This document shows positions 38,065-40,420 of a DNA stretch of 40,420 nucleotides, one piece after another. Every line of letters begins with the position of its first letter. The stretch's first letter is position 1. The DNA is from Hyphomicrobium sp. (GTDB lineage Bacteria; Pseudomonadota; Alphaproteobacteria; Rhizobiales; Hyphomicrobiaceae), in the NCBI GenBank assembly GCA_035538995.1, contig DATLJG010000026.1, positions 1-40,420 on the forward strand, given 5' to 3'. Below the pieces are notes generated by a model, which saw only the letters and a list, made by a program, of their open reading frames with translations, had not been told where the DNA came from and did not search any database. The position numbers and the translations under genes are program-made.

Positions 38065-38826
38065 TCAGTGGTCGTGCATGTGGATGGCGTCGTTCAGATA
38101 GATGCAGGTCAGAACTGTGAAGATCAGCGCCTGCAGGAATGCGACGAGCACTTCGAGGCCCGTGAACGCAACCATGAAACCCGTGGGAGCAATTTTGCCC
38201 CACCAGGGCAGCATCACCGCGAAGCCAGCAAACACTTCAAGCATCGTGTGTCCGGCCATCATGTTGGCGAACAGACGGACCGAGTGGCTGATCGGGCGAA
38301 TGAAGTAGGAAATAAGTTCGATCGGGACGATGACGATCAGCAGCCAGAACGGCACGCCATCGGGCACGAACAGCTTGAGGTAGCGGACGCCATGCTTCCA
38401 AAACCCGATAAGGGTTGCGGTGATCCAGACCATCGCCGCGAGAGCAAAGGTGACGATGATATGGCTCGTGACCGTGAAGACGCCCGGAATCAGGCCGATG
38501 AAATTCAAAACCAGAATGAAGATGAAGATCGAGAAGACCCACGGAAAGAATTTCATTCCGTCTTCGCCGAGGTTCTCTTTGACCATGCCGGCGACGTATT
38601 CATACGTAATCTCGGCCAGCGACTGCATGCGCGACGGCACGAGAGAACGCGCGCGCATTGCATAAATCATAAAGACGGAGATCAAAACCAGCGCGATGAT
38701 CATCATCAGCGCCGAGTTCGTGAAAGAAACGTCGTGCCCGAAAAGATTGAGCGAGAAGATCTTGTGGATCTCGAACTGCTCCATCGGTCCGTGATGAGCA
38801 GTTCCACCAGCAACTTCAGCAGCCAA
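38065..38826 (-). CDS. atpB: ATP synthase Fo subunit a
   Basis: PMEQF, FTNSA, P.R.Q...E, RP.S.SVRLFANMMAGH, LQA.IF..LTCIYL.DA. TTG start. Confidence 0.96.
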   Translation of the reverse strand: MAAEVAGGTAHHGPMEQFEIHKIFSLNLFGHDVSFTNSALMMIIALVLISVFMIYAMRARSLVPSRMQSLAEITYEYVAGMVKENLGEDGMKFFPWVFSIFIFILVLNFIGLIPGVFTVTSHIIVTFALAAMVWITATLIGFWKHGVRYLKLFVPDGVPFWLLIVIVPIELISYFIRPISHSVRLFANMMAGHTMLEVFAGFAVMLPWWGKIAPTGFMVAFTGLEVLVAFLQALIFTVLTCIYLNDAIHMHDH

Positions 38827-38843
38827 GCTCTACCCCCTGCGTC

Positions 38844-39242
38844 TCATTCGTCGTCATCTTTGACTGACGGCGCTGCTCTTTGCAGCGGCTCATTTTTCTT
38901 CTGTGCCTCTTGCGCGGCGCGGACAACATTCAAAAGACCTGCAGCGAAGCCCAGGATGACCAGAACGATCATGAGCCAGGGCGCCGTGCCGAATTGCCTG
39001 TCGAGCGCCCATCCCAGGCCGCCGCCAACGACAACTCCGACGACCAACTCCGCAGCAAACTTGAAAGCTGCTCCGAAATCGGCCCGGCCCCGCTCGGCCT
39101 TAGGCCTTTCGACTTTGGCCCGCTGCACCTTGAGCGCATCGAGCTTCCGGCCGAGCACTTCAGACCGTTGGCGAATTGCTTCACGGTCTTCAGGACTGAT
39201 TTCACCGTTATCCGGCGATTGATCCTTGCCATTGTCTGACAT
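38844..39242 (-). CDS. atpI: ATP synthase protein I (AtpZ/AtpI family)
   Basis: ELV.GV.VG..LGW.LD..FGT.PW......LGF.AG.LNV. Confidence 0.9.
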   Translation of the reverse strand: MSDNGKDQSPDNGEISPEDREAIRQRSEVLGRKLDALKVQRAKVERPKAERGRADFGAAFKFAAELVVGVVVGGGLGWALDRQFGTAPWLMIVLVILGFAAGLLNVVRAAQEAQKKNEPLQRAAPSVKDDDE

Positions 39243-39300
39243 GGTTCAAACCATCCAGAATTGCGGAAAAACCGGCCGCTGCGGGAGATAGACGGCGCGG

Positions 39301-39329
39301 ACCATAGTTAGGGGGTCTGGGGGTGTCAA
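39301..39329 (-). promoter_or_regulatory. Sigma70 promoter of the Fo operon
   Basis: Minus strand TTGACA-N17-TATGGT, about 58 bp upstream of atpI. Confidence 0.75.
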
Positions 39330-39446
39330 GGAAATGGGCATGAGGCCCCGCTCTAGCGGGTACGGCGAAAAGGCGCAGCCATCCGCTCGCGGATGGTCAT
39401 GCGCCTCTGCCGGCGATTTGAAAAGCGTTCATTCCGAATAAGGCGC

Positions 39447-39731
39447 TTACGGCGTCGCGCTGCCCGATCCGGGATTTTGGGGCGCTGGCTGCTGACCGGT
39501 CTGCGGGATCGTCGTCGAGGCGGGCTGGCCGTCGCTGCCGCTTCCCGGCGACGATGATAGCTCGGGCGGGGTCTGGTAAAGGAACGCAATGACGAACCCG
39601 GCAAAAATAGCAATAATGAGCGCCGTCGAAATCAGCAAAACGCGGAAGTTCGTCTTGCGAGGACTGGCTTGCCGAGCTTCTGTCGGATCCAAAACCTCGC
39701 CTTTTGTTGGCGAATACTGTTGCCTTGCCAC
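39447..39731 (-). CDS. Small single-TM protein with Pro/Ser/Gln-rich tail
   Basis: GGAGG SD and GTG start, EARQA...N.RVL..S followed by a TM helix. Confidence 0.7.
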   Translation of the reverse strand: MARQQYSPTKGEVLDPTEARQASPRKTNFRVLLISTALIIAIFAGFVIAFLYQTPPELSSSPGSGSDGQPASTTIPQTGQQPAPQNPGSGSATP

Positions 39732-39760
39732 GAGTGGCCTCCATTTCCGTTAGAAATGGA

Positions 39761-39786
39761 AACGCATTCGGGCGAAATCGGGTTCC
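39761..39786 (-). promoter_or_regulatory. Sigma-EcfG (general stress response) promoter
   Basis: Minus strand GGAAC-N17-CGTT, about 30 bp upstream of the 39731 start. Confidence 0.65.
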
Positions 39787-39826
39787 CCGACCCGTCGCCA
39801 AGGGAGGTGCAAGTTAGGTTTTGAGT

Positions 39827-40420
39827 TCAACCGGCTTCGCGGAAACTCTGCGCCGTTTGCAGATCGACCGAGACCAGTTGCGAAACGCCTTTCTCGGCCA
39901 TAGTGACCCCGAACAGACGGTTCATGCGCGCCATCGTCATCGGATGGTGCGTAATGACCAGAAAGCGCGTCGCGGTTTCGCTCGCCATCTGTTCCATCAG
40001 TCGGCAGAACCGGTCGACGTTGGCGTCGTCCAGCGGAGCATCGACCTCATCGAGCACGCAGATCGGTGACGGGTTCGTGAGAAAGACGGCAAAGATCAGC
40101 GACAGCGCCGTCAGCGTCTGTTCGCCGCCCGACAACAGCGACAAGGTCGCCGGCTTCTTACCCGGCGGCTTCGCGATGATCTCAAGTCCGCCTTCGAGTG
40201 GGTCTTCCGGGCTCTCGATCATTTCGAGGCGCGCTTCGCCGCCGCCGAATAGATGCGTAAACAGCCGCTCGAAATGGCCGTTGACGGTCGTGAACGCTTC
40301 GTCCAACCGCGCCTTGCCTTCGCGGTTGAGCTGTTGAATGGCGTTGCGCAGCTTCAGGATGCCTTGTTCGAGATCGTCGCGCTCGGCCGTCAATCCTTCG
40401 AGCTGCTTGGCGACTTCCGA
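39827..40420 (-). CDS. smc: Chromosome segregation protein SMC, C-terminal part (5' end outside the window)
   Basis: LF..LFGGGEA.L, PPGKK, LSGGE signature, [10 protein letters not shown] Walker B/D-loop, ITH, GVTM.EKGVS. Confidence 0.96.
   Translation of the reverse strand, partial: SEVAKQLEGLTAERDDLEQGILKLRNAIQQLNREGKARLDEAFTTVNGHFERLFTHLFGGGEARLEMIESPEDPLEGGLEIIAKPPGKKPATLSLLSGGEQTLTALSLIFAVFLTNPSPICVLDEVDAPLDDANVDRFCRLMEQMASETATRFLVITHHPMTMARMNRLFGVTMAEKGVSQLVSVDLQTAQSFREAG

Noticed and set aside
36688-39242. Fo genes without F1 genes, and two b subunits
   Set aside because: A split atp operon with b and b' is standard in alphaproteobacteria. Subunit c shows no clear Na+-binding signature.
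1-40420. CRISPR arrays, tRNA/rRNA, IS elements, prophage or defence genes
   Set aside because: No regularly spaced repeats, cloverleafs, transposase/integrase motifs or compositional islands were found by eye. Short elements could have been missed.

Overview
GC-rich alphaproteobacterial chromosome segment. Gene order points to Hyphomicrobiales, probably a Hyphomicrobium-like organism (inference). Left part (1-16 kb) is envelope and transport accessory content: a large exported/membrane hypothetical protein running off the left edge and missing from the ORF track, an esterase, a DUF2147 protein, a DevBCA/MacAB-like ABC exporter, a DUF533/TerB protein, a TetR-MFP-RND efflux operon, an orphan BcsS-like beta-barrel with a small Cys-rich secreted protein, and a phasin-like gene. 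Right part (16-40 kb) is conserved core synteny: ialB, the aa3 oxidase operon ctaC-ctaD-ctaB-coxF-ctaG-ctaE, DUF983, SURF1, thrC, M16 peptidase, RimJ-like GNAT, a membrane PAS-GGDEF-EAL protein, yqgE, a DsbD-N-like protein, a peroxiredoxin, rnhA-thrB-ispH, a lipoprotein, the Fo operon, a small stress membrane protein and the 3' end of smc. No mobile element, CRISPR array, tRNA or rRNA was seen. The strongest unusual signal is a coordinated set of substitutions in both core oxidase subunits around the Mg/Mn site and proton-exit region, while the D and K channels and all redox ligands are intact. Two structured intergenic regions (about 1840-2105 and 13500-13800) are candidate regulatory RNAs. 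All family assignments come from motif recognition by eye; no database was searched.
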